A stretch of DNA of 64,000 nucleotides from an uncultured Candidatus Saccharibacteria bacterium (GCA_964610055.1 CAZSUC010000002.1:82283-146282), one strand, 5' to 3'; shown: positions 27,745 through 37,312, counted from the stretch's first letter. Made by a program: numbers and translations. The notes: generated by a model not told the origin, from the sequence alone.

Positions 27745-29112
27745 ATGCAGCAAGAAATGAATGTGAATCGGATTTTTCATAATGTAATGGCCGGTTTGAC
27801 GGTGAGTTTTGTGGCCTTAAGTTTAGGTGCGGCATTTGGATTATTGTCAGGAAGAGGGGCATTTGCGGGCATGATGTCAGCGGCAATTATTGCTAGCGTA
27901 ACGGCAGCTTTTGGTGGAACGCGTATTCAAACCTCAGGGCCAACAGGGCCAATGACGGCAGTAACGGCGGTGGCAGTAGCGGCGGCACATGATGGAATTA
28001 CTGCTGTCGGTACAAGTAACCCAGAACATTTTATTAATATAGTTGTGATATTGACCGGGGTGTGTTTATTGATAATGGGTGTGTTACGACTAGGTAAATT
28101 TATTACCTATGTACCAAATGTAGTTATATCTGGGTTTATGAATGGGATAGCTATTATTATTTGGATGGATCAGATAAAAAAGCTTTTTGGGTGGGGAGGA
28201 AAGGTTGCTTTTACAGGATCAGTGACAGTGAATGTCTGCGTGACGATCATAACTACAGTGTTAGTGTTTGGTTTGCCGGTGTTAGTACGACGATACTGGT
28301 CAAAAATGGCTAGTCTGTTATCTGGGACATTATTGGCGATTTTGATAATGACGGCTATAAGTGTGTGGTTGCATTTGCCAATTGAACATGTGTCTTTAAC
28401 TTCTTCCATTAAATCTTGGAATGATGCAGGGCAATTAATATTGTCCCAATGGCCACGAGATTGGTCTAAAGGTGTGTTGATGGCCGCTTTGCCATTTGCT
28501 TTACAATTGGCAGTGTTGGCATATTTAGACACTTTGTTAACGTCGTTAGTAATTGATAAAATGACTAGCGAACGGACTAGACAAAATAAAGAATTGATCG
28601 CGCAAGGATTTGGAGCGGCATTAGTAGGGTTAGTAGGAGGAATTCCTGGGGCGCAGGCAACAATCCGGTCAGTATTGATAGTAAAAGAAAAGGCGGATAT
28701 GCGTTTAGCTGGGATTATGGTAGGAGTCTTTGCTTTAGTTGAAATGTTGGCATTTCAGAATCTAATTAATTTAATTCCTCAGGCAGTGTTTGCAGGAGTG
28801 TTAATAAAAGTTGGTTATGATGTATTTGATTGGGTGCCAGTGAAACTGTATTTAAAAGAATTATTAAAAGGTAAAAGTGAGATGTGGCGTAATTTTTTAG
28901 CGCGGCATGATAGTAATCCAATATTTGTAACTAATCGAGAAATGTTAATGATTATTGGAACAACACTAGTGACAGTTTTGTTTGATTTAAATACGGCAGT
29001 TGGGGTGTTTACGGTGTTGTATTACGTATTAAATAAATGGTTAATGAAACAGAATCCAATGCGTGATTTGAAACCAGTCTTAGAGACTGAAGGAGTGGCA
29101 GACGAAGGGTAG
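27745..29112 (+). CDS. SulP/SLC26-family anion permease lacking a STAS domain
   Basis: AGLTVSFVALSL, FGGTRIQTSGPTGPM, VISGFMNGIA, NKELIAQG and GIPGAQATIRS. Start uncertain (27703 GTG, 27745 ATG or 27757 ATG); the ORF-track ATG at 27691 falls inside the -10 box. Confidence 0.88.
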   Translation: MQQEMNVNRIFHNVMAGLTVSFVALSLGAAFGLLSGRGAFAGMMSAAIIASVTAAFGGTRIQTSGPTGPMTAVTAVAVAAAHDGITAVGTSNPEHFINIVVILTGVCLLIMGVLRLGKFITYVPNVVISGFMNGIAIIIWMDQIKKLFGWGGKVAFTGSVTVNVCVTIITTVLVFGLPVLVRRYWSKMASLLSGTLLAILIMTAISVWLHLPIEHVSLTSSIKSWNDAGQLILSQWPRDWSKGVLMAALPFALQLAVLAYLDTLLTSLVIDKMTSERTRQNKELIAQGFGAALVGLVGGIPGAQATIRSVLIVKEKADMRLAGIMVGVFALVEMLAFQNLINLIPQAVFAGVLIKVGYDVFDWVPVKLYLKELLKGKSEMWRNFLARHDSNPIFVTNREMLMIIGTTLVTVLFDLNTAVGVFTVLYYVLNKWLMKQNPMRDLKPVLETEGVADEG

Positions 29113-29117
29113 TTCTA

Positions 29118-29137
29118 TGTAAGGGTGTGTAAGGGTG
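29118..29137 (+). repeat. Tandem 10-bp direct repeat (TGTAAGGGTG)x2
   Basis: Seen directly, immediately upstream of the boxA-like motif. Confidence 0.7.
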
Positions 29138-29139
29138 TG

Positions 29140-29155
29140 GTTCTTTGACAAGAAA
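29140..29155 (+). promoter_or_regulatory. boxA-like leader element GTTCTTTGACAAGAAA
   Basis: 15/16 identical to 57339-57354; resembles the rrn boxA TGCTCTTTAACA. Confidence 0.5.
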
Positions 29156-29169
29156 TAAAAGGGTTAACA

Positions 29170-29571
29170 ATGAGGAAGCAAGGTTCGTCGGTTGTTGTGA
29201 TTTGTGGTGACAATGCAATCGCGAGTGTTCGAGAGCAGATGGAAGAGCAGTTGTTTGGAGGGGTGCCGCACTATATTTGTGTGCCAGGTGGTCCTGTGCA
29301 GTTGTGTTTGGAGGAGTCCAGGGCAATTATTATGGATATGGTATTGTTTATGGTTGGTGCTAAAAAGGCAACGAGGGTTTTTTTAGTGATGCATGGTCCG
29401 AATTGTGGCATGGTGAATCATTGTTTGGGACATGCAGCTACTGCAGAAGAAGCTACTGAAGTGGCTCAGGATATTTTGCTTGCGTCTCGGAAGTATCTGA
29501 GTGGATTTTTGCCAGTTGGGGTAGACCTGCGAATACTGTATTTATCTCGTGGTCAGATTTGTGAGTTTTGA
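29170..29571 (+). CDS. Divergent beta-carbonic-anhydrase-like protein
   Basis: ICGD, VPGG and MHGPNCG match the C-x-D...H-x(2-3)-C zinc-ligand layout; directly downstream of SulP. Confidence 0.55.
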   Translation: MRKQGSSVVVICGDNAIASVREQMEEQLFGGVPHYICVPGGPVQLCLEESRAIIMDMVLFMVGAKKATRVFLVMHGPNCGMVNHCLGHAATAEEATEVAQDILLASRKYLSGFLPVGVDLRILYLSRGQICEF

Positions 29572-29618
29572 GTGATTTTGATGTGTAATACGATTACATG
29601 ATAATCAGAATCCTTGAT

Positions 29619-29642
29619 AGAGCGGTTTCATCCGCTCTTTTT
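29619..29642 (+). terminator. Intrinsic terminator
   Basis: AGAGCGG-TTTCAT-CCGCTCT followed by TTTT. Confidence 0.7.
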
Positions 29643-29656
29643 GATATAATTAATAT

Positions 29657-29875
29657 ATGAGAATTGTAGTTACGGTAAAAACGAGAGCACGAGCGGAGAA
29701 GATTGAGAAAATAGATGACGGGCATTATCGCTTAGCGGTAAAAGCAGCGCCACAGGCAGGACAAGCAAACGAAGCGGTGTGTAAATTAGTTGCAAAATAT
29801 TTAAGAGTTGCGCCGAGTCGGGTGCATATTAAGTTGGGTAAAACAAGTAAAGAGAAGTTACTTGAAATAATTTAG
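29657..29875 (+). CDS. DUF167 (YggU) family protein
   Basis: VKAAPQAGQANEAV and GKTSKEK. Confidence 0.88.
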   Translation: MRIVVTVKTRARAEKIEKIDDGHYRLAVKAAPQAGQANEAVCKLVAKYLRVAPSRVHIKLGKTSKEKLLEII

Positions 29876-30816
29876 TGAAATGGTTAGATAATAGTATGCA
29901 AGAAATTGGTGTAGGTATAGATGCGGGGGGAACATGGATAAAAGCGGGAGTAGTGTCAGTTGCTGGAGAAGTATTAGGCATGGTGAAGGTTGAAAGCGGG
30001 GCGGCGCAGGGAAGAATTGAATATATTAAGAGTATTGATCGGGCAATACAAGAACTTACTGATCAGTATGTGGAAGCAAAATCAAAAAACATGCCGATTG
30101 GATTGGCTATACCGGCTTTGTTAACAACGGATCGACGAGCGATCAGGGCAATGGCAAATGTGAAAGGGTTAGAAAGTTTGGAGGCGCCTGTGAGCGTACG
30201 TGAACTATTAGCTGGAAGTGAGTGGGCAGAACGGGTGAAGATAGTGGAGAATGACGCTGGGGCAGCGGCGTGGGCGGAATGGAAAAAAGCTGGAAGCAAT
30301 ACGAACGAAAAAATGTTATTAGTCACTTGGGGAACTGGAATTGGTACGGCGTTAATATCAAATGGATGTAATCAGTCAGGATGGGAGGGTGGTCATATTC
30401 CGATTGAGAGTAGTAAAGGAGATGTTTTAGAGAAAAAAGTGGCAGTACCAGCGATTATAAAGCGAGTGGCAGACAGGATGAAAATAACAAACGATATGAA
30501 CGAAGCGCCTAAACAGATATTACAGGCAGCGATAAAAGGTGATCTGGTTTGTCGTGAAGAAATTTATCGGGCAGCGGAATGGCTAGCGTGGGGGATTCAA
30601 GTGTGGTCGGTGATCGCTTGTCCAGATATGGTGCGGTTAGGAGGAGCTTTCGTGGCAGATGATTGGATTGTTGAGGAAGTACGCGCGGCGTTGGATCGAG
30701 TTGATAATGATTTTATGCGTATGGTCATTAAGCCGGAAATGGTGCAGAAGGCGGCGTTAGGAAATCAAGCAGGTATAGTGGGAGCGGCACAATTGGCGTT
30801 AGGTTCGGGTGATTGA
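29875..30816 (+). CDS. ROK-family sugar kinase
   Basis: GIDAGGTWIK, VENDAGAAAWAE, TWGTGIG, EGGH and AGIVGAA. Confidence 0.85.
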   Translation: MKWLDNSMQEIGVGIDAGGTWIKAGVVSVAGEVLGMVKVESGAAQGRIEYIKSIDRAIQELTDQYVEAKSKNMPIGLAIPALLTTDRRAIRAMANVKGLESLEAPVSVRELLAGSEWAERVKIVENDAGAAAWAEWKKAGSNTNEKMLLVTWGTGIGTALISNGCNQSGWEGGHIPIESSKGDVLEKKVAVPAIIKRVADRMKITNDMNEAPKQILQAAIKGDLVCREEIYRAAEWLAWGIQVWSVIACPDMVRLGGAFVADDWIVEEVRAALDRVDNDFMRMVIKPEMVQKAALGNQAGIVGAAQLALGSGD

Positions 30817-31562
30817 GTCGGTAATAAATCTTTGTCGATAGCTACTTGACTGGATAAGGCTTGCATGATTTCGGTGACAACAGCATGAACAGGCAGAACG
30901 TTTAAGACCTGAGGTGTAACTGCTTGGGAATGGAAAGGAGTGTCAACGGCGGAAGGGGCAATGCGATGAATTAATAATTTCTTTTGGCGCACTAAAGGAC
31001 TGTGGCGGTAACCCATAATAATTTTATCGAGGGCGGCTTTAGTGGCGATATAGTGCCAAGCGTGCAACCAAGGCGGGCAAGTCTCAGGTGTTAGTCGAGT
31101 AACAGCGGAGCTTAATGCAACAACATGGCCATGATCTTGAATGTGCCGCAGAAAATTGCGGCCAACATTCATAAAACCAGTGACGTAAAGACGAAAATCA
31201 TGTTCCATTTTTTCATTACTGATTTCATAAAGTGGAGTTGAGACCTCGTGTGTAAATCCGCCAGGTGGACAGGCGCCAACAGCGTAAATGACAGCTTGAA
31301 GGCGAGCGCCAGTGTAGGCGTGTCGAAGACGAATTTCTTTTTCGAGCTGAGTGAGGGAGTGTTGATTAAGAACATCAACTGTATAAGTGGTGAGACGACG
31401 ATTTAGTTCAGGGCGAGTATTAGTAAGATTTTGGCGTAGCTGGAGAAGATCATTTTCGGAGTTAGCGGCGACAATGGTGCGGTAGCCTTGCGCACATAAT
31501 TCATAAGTAATAGCTCGACCTAAAGATCCGGCGCCAAAGACGAGAACGTAATTATTAGACAT
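30765..31562 (-). CDS. Short-chain dehydrogenase/reductase
   Basis: VFGAGSLG, ALSS, YIATK (YxxxK) and PSAVDT; start MSNNYV at 31562. Confidence 0.82.
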   Translation of the reverse strand: MSNNYVLVFGAGSLGRAITYELCAQGYRTIVAANSENDLLQLRQNLTNTRPELNRRLTTYTVDVLNQHSLTQLEKEIRLRHAYTGARLQAVIYAVGACPPGGFTHEVSTPLYEISNEKMEHDFRLYVTGFMNVGRNFLRHIQDHGHVVALSSAVTRLTPETCPPWLHAWHYIATKAALDKIIMGYRHSPLVRQKKLLIHRIAPSAVDTPFHSQAVTPQVLNVLPVHAVVTEIMQALSSQVAIDKDLLPTQSPEPNANCAAPTIPA

Positions 31563-31740
31563 AAGATGTGTATAGATAATTGTCAGAAGATTATAACATT
31601 TTATGACATGTTGATATAAAATAGCAAAATCTTGATATTTAAGGGCTTGTTGGGCAAAATTAAGATGATGTTTGTTTATAAAAAATTTTGACAAAGTATA
31701 TAATTTTCCACAGGATGTTTGATTAGTGTAGGATAAAAGC

Positions 31741-33450
31741 ATGATTATTAACCTGAAAAAAGCTTTAACAGAGGATGTGACGCTGGGACTGAAGGCAGCG
31801 AATGAAAAGTATGGATGGAAAATTGATAAGACGGATTTGCCGACAGTAATTGTGACTCATTCACAAGGGGCGGGACGTGGTGATTATGCTTCGCCAGTGG
31901 CGTTGTCTTTAGCAAAGAAAACGGGATTAAATCCAATGGAGGTGGTGGAGAAGATTGCGGAGCAGATGTTGAAGAAAGAATATGTTGGGAAGTTAGAAGC
32001 AGCGGCGCCAGGGTTTTTGAATATTTGGATTAATCCAGGCTGGATGACGGCGCGCTTAGACGACATGATTGAACAGAATATGTGTGGATTGACGGGTGAA
32101 AGGCAGGCGAAGAGATATAATTTAGAATTTATCTCAGCAAATCCGACTGGTCCCATTACATTAGGCAATGCACGAACGGCGTTTAGCGTAGACACTTTAG
32201 GCAGAGTCTTAGAGTGTGCAGGGGATGTAGTAGTGCGTGAATATTATATCAATGATGGCGGGGAGCAGGTACGAAAGCTGGGTGAATCAGTGTTGCGGCG
32301 AATTTTGCAAGCGCAGGGGGAAAAAGTTGAGTATCCAGAAGAGATGTATCAAGGGGAATATATAAAAGATGTGGGAGCGGTGTTGGCGGAGCAACTGCGC
32401 GAGGATGAAGGAAAAGAATATGAGCCAGGTGATTTAGATAATGCCGAGGTGATTGGTTCAGTCGGTGACAAGGCGGCGGCGATGCTTATGAATAAGATTA
32501 AACAAATGATTACGGATGCGTTACGGATTAAGTTTGATGTATGGACAAGTGAGAAGACTTTACGGGCATCGGGTAAGGTAGATGCCGTGCGTAAATTATT
32601 GGAGGAAAAAGGTGCTTTGTATGAAAAAGAAGGGGCGGTGTACTTAAAGACCACGACCCAGGGTGATAGCGAAGATCGGATATTTGTAAAAAGTAACGGA
32701 GCGTATGCGTATATTGCGCCGGATGTGGCTTATCATGTTGATAAATATGAACGTGGTTTTGACGAAATCTTTACTTTTGTAGGAGCGGATCATCAAGGGC
32801 ATGGACCGAAGTTAGCAGCAGCTCTGAAGATGGCCGGGTTTGATACTAATAAATTACATGTAGTAGCGGCGCAGTGGATGCAGATGGTTCAAGGCGGCAA
32901 ATCGGTAAAGTTATCAAAACGTAAGGGAGTGTTGTACACACCGGCTGAACTAATTGATGAAGTTGGTTATGATGCGGCGCGATTTTTCATGGTTCAGCAT
33001 GCTTTAACAACGCATATGGAGTTCGATTTGGATTTAGCGAAAGAGCGGAGTGAGCGTAACCCGGTTTATTATGTTCAGTATGCGTATGTAAGGATACAGT
33101 CAATTTTACGGCGAGCCAAAGAAGGCGGGTTGGTGGAAGGAATAGGAGAAGGAGTGCGGCTTTCAAGTCATAGTAAATTAACCTATGAACATGAATTAGA
33201 AGTGTTGCGGCGGATGTATGAATTTAGAGAAGTGGTTGACGATATTGCGGAGACGTTAGAAGTGCATCGATTACCTTATTACGCCGTAGAGTTAGCGCGT
33301 TCAGTGCATGCTTTTTATCGGAATGTGCCGGTATTGGCGGAAGAGAATGAAGAAGTGCGGCGAGGCCGGTTACAATTGGTGCTAGGAGCACGCAAGGTCT
33401 TAGGGCAAACACTAGATTTACTAGGAATTAGCAAACCAGAAGTGATGTAA
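31741..33450 (+). CDS. argS: Arginine--tRNA ligase
   Basis: EFISANPTGP-ITLGN (HIGH variant), REYYINDGG, GADHQG, KLSKRKG and YYVQYAYVRI. Confidence 0.96.
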   Translation: MIINLKKALTEDVTLGLKAANEKYGWKIDKTDLPTVIVTHSQGAGRGDYASPVALSLAKKTGLNPMEVVEKIAEQMLKKEYVGKLEAAAPGFLNIWINPGWMTARLDDMIEQNMCGLTGERQAKRYNLEFISANPTGPITLGNARTAFSVDTLGRVLECAGDVVVREYYINDGGEQVRKLGESVLRRILQAQGEKVEYPEEMYQGEYIKDVGAVLAEQLREDEGKEYEPGDLDNAEVIGSVGDKAAAMLMNKIKQMITDALRIKFDVWTSEKTLRASGKVDAVRKLLEEKGALYEKEGAVYLKTTTQGDSEDRIFVKSNGAYAYIAPDVAYHVDKYERGFDEIFTFVGADHQGHGPKLAAALKMAGFDTNKLHVVAAQWMQMVQGGKSVKLSKRKGVLYTPAELIDEVGYDAARFFMVQHALTTHMEFDLDLAKERSERNPVYYVQYAYVRIQSILRRAKEGGLVEGIGEGVRLSSHSKLTYEHELEVLRRMYEFREVVDDIAETLEVHRLPYYAVELARSVHAFYRNVPVLAEENEEVRRGRLQLVLGARKVLGQTLDLLGISKPEVM

Positions 33451-33523
33451 GGGGGAAAAATTATGAAGCAACTATGAGGACGACCTGGTTTACGGGTTGG
33501 CTGAATTAGACTACGCTGGAGAT

Positions 33524-34258
33524 ATGAGGATTGGAATTGACGCGCATATTATTTTGCCGAAGCATAAGCGGTATAATCCTAAAATTGCGCGGTATACGGA
33601 AAATTTAATACGGAATCTGATAGACTCTGATACAAAACACGAACATACCTGGGTTCTGTTTTTTGACGAGAGAATGGATGACCAGCAGTATTTAGATAAG
33701 TTTAAACAACCGAATGTTGAGATTAGACGGTTTCCGTTTGTGCAATATCGTCGCTATTTGCCGGTTGTTTATTCTCACATGTTGATTTCGGCATTTTTGC
33801 GGTCGGCGCATCTGGATGTTTTTCATTCTCCAGAGGGTTTAATTCCTTTTCTGTATTCAGGGCACATTGTCGCGAGCTTCCATTATGTGCCGCGAGGAGC
33901 GATGGAAAGCAGCTTGTTTGCTCGGACATTTATGATGGGGGCGCGAGTGGCGTTTGCGCAGTTGTGTCGAAGAGCATGGCGCATTGTGGTGAATACGAGA
34001 AATGATAAAAAGTTGTTGGTGGAGCGACATCACTACCCTAAGGATCAGGTGGTTTTAATTGAAGAAGAGGACATGGAGAGAATTGATTGGCCGCGAAGAG
34101 TTAAGATTTTAATGAAGGTTTATAAGGAGGCGTTAAAGAAGGAAGTGCGAAAAACTAAGACTAAGCCTCAAAAAGAACCTAAGCCGGCTAAGAAAAAAGC
34201 ACGTAAGTCAGGACGAGCAAAAAAATCACAGTCAAAGAGTAAAAAACGGCGGAAATAA
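33524..34258 (+). CDS. GT4-like N-terminal glycosyltransferase domain fused to a Lys/Arg-rich tail, without a donor-binding domain
   Basis: MRIGIDA, IARYTENLI and LDVFHSP are GT4-N motifs; no E-x7-E motif; basic tail; start at ATG 33524. Confidence 0.65.
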   Translation: MRIGIDAHIILPKHKRYNPKIARYTENLIRNLIDSDTKHEHTWVLFFDERMDDQQYLDKFKQPNVEIRRFPFVQYRRYLPVVYSHMLISAFLRSAHLDVFHSPEGLIPFLYSGHIVASFHYVPRGAMESSLFARTFMMGARVAFAQLCRRAWRIVVNTRNDKKLLVERHHYPKDQVVLIEEEDMERIDWPRRVKILMKVYKEALKKEVRKTKTKPQKEPKPAKKKARKSGRAKKSQSKSKKRRK

Positions 34259-34317
34259 AGGGGTGTTTGAATAAGGAGTCAGGTTGACCTACAGTAGGTT
34301 TACGAGGTTATTTTTTT

Positions 34318-37287
34318 ATGTCTAAAAAAGATTCACAATTTAATTTTCGAGACGTGCCAGCTTGGGTGGAGAGTGAGCAATTAGAGCAGGGCATATTGGA
34401 CTATTGGGATAAAGAGCAAATTTTTGCCAAAATTTTGCAGGCGACTGCTGAGAAAGAATTATTCTCTTTTTACGATGGCCCACCTTATGCAACTGGCAAG
34501 CCTCATTATGGGCATATTTTGCAGTCAGCGATTAAGGATACGGTCTTACGTTATAAGACGATGAGAGGATATTATGTTCCGCGGAGAGTAGGTTGGGATT
34601 GTCATGGTTTACCGGTTGAGACTTTGGTAGAAAAAGAATTGGAATTTAAGAGCAAGAAGGATATTGAGCAGTATGGTGTGGGGGAATTTAATCGTCGCTG
34701 TCGTGAGACTGTATTCCGGTATATTGATGATTTTACGCAAACATTGCAGCGAGTAGGACGATGGTCGCAGTATGACCAGGCTTACGCCACTTTGGATCAG
34801 AAATACATGGAAACAGAATGGTGGGTGTTTAAGCAGTTGTGGGAACAAGGACTGATTTATGAAGCGTTTCGAACTACGCCGTATTGTGTGCGCTGCGCGA
34901 CTCCGCTATCAAATTTTGAAGTTAGCATGGCGTATAAAGATAAGACGGACGTGGCGGTTTATGTGGCTTTTCCAGTAGTTGGAACAAATGATTTACACCT
35001 ATTAGTTTGGACAACAACGCCATGGACTTTGCCCGGCAATGCGGGAGTGGCGTATAACCCGGAGATCAAATATGTGATCGTGAAACAAGGAGAGCGGCGG
35101 TTTGTGGTAGCAGCTGATCGGGTCGGGGTCTTGTTTGGTGAGGAGGGTGAGATTGAGCGAGAGCTTAAAAATGAAGAATGGTCAGAGATGCGGTATCAGG
35201 CGCCATACGGAGAAACGTTAGAAAAGTTAGGAATTGATGCGAGTAAGGCATTCCGAGTTGTGCCGGGTGAACATGTGACTGCTCAAGATGGAACTGGTTT
35301 AGTGCATACCGCACCGGCATTTGGAGAAGAAGATGCTTTAGTGGGAGAAAAGGAAGGTTTACCAGTCGTGAAGACGGTGGATGGAGCAGGTAAGTTTTAC
35401 TCCGCAGTTCCTCAATGGGGTGGCCAATTTATTTTTAAAGCGAACGGAGCGATTGTATCGAATTTACAAGAGCGTAATTGGTTATGGAAATCAGAACCGC
35501 ATAAACATAGTTATCCGCACTGTTGGCGATGTGATCAGCCTTTGATTTATTACGCTTTGGATAGTTGGTTTGTGCGAGTACAGGAATTGAAAGATAAGAT
35601 GATTGCTTTGAACGAAGGAATTACTTGGATTCCAGAACATATTAAACACGGACGTTTTGGCAAAGGAATGGAGATGGCGCCGGATTGGGCAGTGTCGCGG
35701 AATAGATTTTGGAGCGTACCGTTGCCGGTTTGGAAGTGTGATAAATGTCAGGCAACGGAATGTACAGGGAGCATTGATGAGCTGAAAGTAAAAACCGGAT
35801 TAAATGAGATAGATGATCTGCACCGTCCAGGAGTAGATGCGTATACATGGACGTGTGATAAGTGCGGTGGGATGATGAAGCGTGTCAGTGAAGTATTAGA
35901 TGTTTGGTTTGATTCAGCTTGTATGCCGTATGCGCAATGGCATTATCCATTTGATAATCAAGAGGTAGTAAAGAAAACTTTTCCGGCTGATTTTATTGGC
36001 GAGGCAATTGATCAAACGCGAGCGTGGTTTTACGTTCTGCATGTGATTGCGACTGCTTTAACAAGAAAAGATCTTGGGCTAGGCAAGGACCATGCGGCTT
36101 ATAAAAATGTAATCGCTTCCGGATTGATTTTTGCGGAAGATGGACAAAAATTATCCAAGAAATTGAAAAATTACCCGGAGCCGGAGCCGACAATTGCGAA
36201 GTACGGAGCGGATACATTACGACTGTATTTGTTGACGAGCACGAGCTTAGGAGAGCCGTATCGATTTTCGGAAAAGGAATTACAACAATTAAAGCGCGGT
36301 ACGTTTGCAACTTTTTGGAATGTGTATAGTTTTTTTGTGAGATATGCTAACACGCATAAGTGGCAACCGGGGCAAGATCAAGTAAGCCAAGCGATGCTAG
36401 ATGTGTGGTTGAAAGCGCGGTTTAAGCAGCTTAAGGCAGGATTGTTAGAGAAGATGGATAAATATCAGTTAGACAGTGCGGCAAGAATGTTACCGGAATT
36501 TATTGATGATCTAAGTAATTGGTATGTGCGACGTTCTCGTAATAGATTCCAGCGTCCTAAAGATGCGACTATGCGCGAGGAGGCTTTTGGAACGTTGTAT
36601 CAAATTCTAACTGAATTAGTCGAAATTATGGCTCCGTTTATGCCGTTTGTAACTGAAGAAGTATATCGCAATTTAACTGGGGCAGAGTCGGTGCACATGG
36701 TAGAGATTAGTGACCAGAATTTAGAGTTAAACGAAGAAGAAAAGCATTTGTTGGATGAAATGCGTAAAGTTAGGACAGCAGTTTCGGAAGGATTAGCATT
36801 ACGTGCGCGGGCGGGAATTAAAGTGAGGCAACCTCTGGCTCGAATGTATGTTCAGGAAGAGATTAGTTCAGATGAATTACGAGAGATTATTAAAGAAGAA
36901 GTGAACGTTAAGGATGTTGTAACACAAGCAGTTTTACCGGATGACAAAAGTTTTGTTGTAAGTATAGAAGAGGCACGTGTAAAAGTTGCCTTAGATATTG
37001 ATATTACTTCAGAGCTAAAACAGGAAGGCTGGGCACGGGAATTAGTGCGGCATGGTCAGCAATTACGACGGCAAGCAGGATATGCGTTGAATGAGCGGAT
37101 CAGAGTGGCAATTGTAAGTGACAATGAAATGGTAACGGGAGTATTAGATAATTTTGGTGATTATATTGCTAACGCTTTACAGGCAGATGTGCTTGAACGC
37201 GAATTGTTAGATGTTAATGATGTTGATCGAGAGGTGCAATTAGAATCGGGCGTCAAAATTAAGCTAGCTGTTTGCCGCAAAAAATAA
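34318..37287 (+). CDS. ileS: Isoleucine--tRNA ligase, type 2
   Basis: DGPPYATGKPHYGH, GWDCHGLP, WTTTPWT, SRNRFW and KLSKK; type-2 C-terminus with EGWARELVR. Confidence 0.96.
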   Translation: MSKKDSQFNFRDVPAWVESEQLEQGILDYWDKEQIFAKILQATAEKELFSFYDGPPYATGKPHYGHILQSAIKDTVLRYKTMRGYYVPRRVGWDCHGLPVETLVEKELEFKSKKDIEQYGVGEFNRRCRETVFRYIDDFTQTLQRVGRWSQYDQAYATLDQKYMETEWWVFKQLWEQGLIYEAFRTTPYCVRCATPLSNFEVSMAYKDKTDVAVYVAFPVVGTNDLHLLVWTTTPWTLPGNAGVAYNPEIKYVIVKQGERRFVVAADRVGVLFGEEGEIERELKNEEWSEMRYQAPYGETLEKLGIDASKAFRVVPGEHVTAQDGTGLVHTAPAFGEEDALVGEKEGLPVVKTVDGAGKFYSAVPQWGGQFIFKANGAIVSNLQERNWLWKSEPHKHSYPHCWRCDQPLIYYALDSWFVRVQELKDKMIALNEGITWIPEHIKHGRFGKGMEMAPDWAVSRNRFWSVPLPVWKCDKCQATECTGSIDELKVKTGLNEIDDLHRPGVDAYTWTCDKCGGMMKRVSEVLDVWFDSACMPYAQWHYPFDNQEVVKKTFPADFIGEAIDQTRAWFYVLHVIATALTRKDLGLGKDHAAYKNVIASGLIFAEDGQKLSKKLKNYPEPEPTIAKYGADTLRLYLLTSTSLGEPYRFSEKELQQLKRGTFATFWNVYSFFVRYANTHKWQPGQDQVSQAMLDVWLKARFKQLKAGLLEKMDKYQLDSAARMLPEFIDDLSNWYVRRSRNRFQRPKDATMREEAFGTLYQILTELVEIMAPFMPFVTEEVYRNLTGAESVHMVEISDQNLELNEEEKHLLDEMRKVRTAVSEGLALRARAGIKVRQPLARMYVQEEISSDELREIIKEEVNVKDVVTQAVLPDDKSFVVSIEEARVKVALDIDITSELKQEGWARELVRHGQQLRRQAGYALNERIRVAIVSDNEMVTGVLDNFGDYIANALQADVLERELLDVNDVDREVQLESGVKIKLAVCRKK

Positions 37288-37312
37288 GAGTGGCGTGGTA
37301 TAATAAGGGGAT

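Noticed and set aside
25700-29650. Prophage or integrative element at ssrA, or an integron cassette array
   Set aside because: No integrase, no duplicated tmRNA 3' end and no attC-like GTTRRRY/RYYYAAC-bounded repeats; the hairpins look like ordinary terminators.
30765-30816. 52-bp convergent overlap of the ROK and SDR genes as antisense regulation
   Set aside because: Short convergent overlaps are common in this compact window (also vanZ/rplT and 21871/uxs), and there is no further evidence.
31563-31740. AT-rich intergenic region with one-mismatch DnaA-box-like 9-mers (TTTTCCACA; TGTGTATAG) as a possible oriC
   Set aside because: Only two imperfect boxes, no dnaA/dnaN nearby and no visible switch in G-skew. 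Divergent promoters for the SDR gene and argS explain it.
32152-32175. ArgRS HIGH motif reading TLGN as a sign of inactivation
   Set aside because: All other ArgRS motifs are intact and HIGH variants are tolerated in class I synthetases; treated as lineage variation.
34259-34317. T-box or riboswitch upstream of ileS (small ACCTAC-A-GTAGGT palindrome)
   Set aside because: The gap is only 59 bp with no T-box motif, and the palindrome is too short to support a call.
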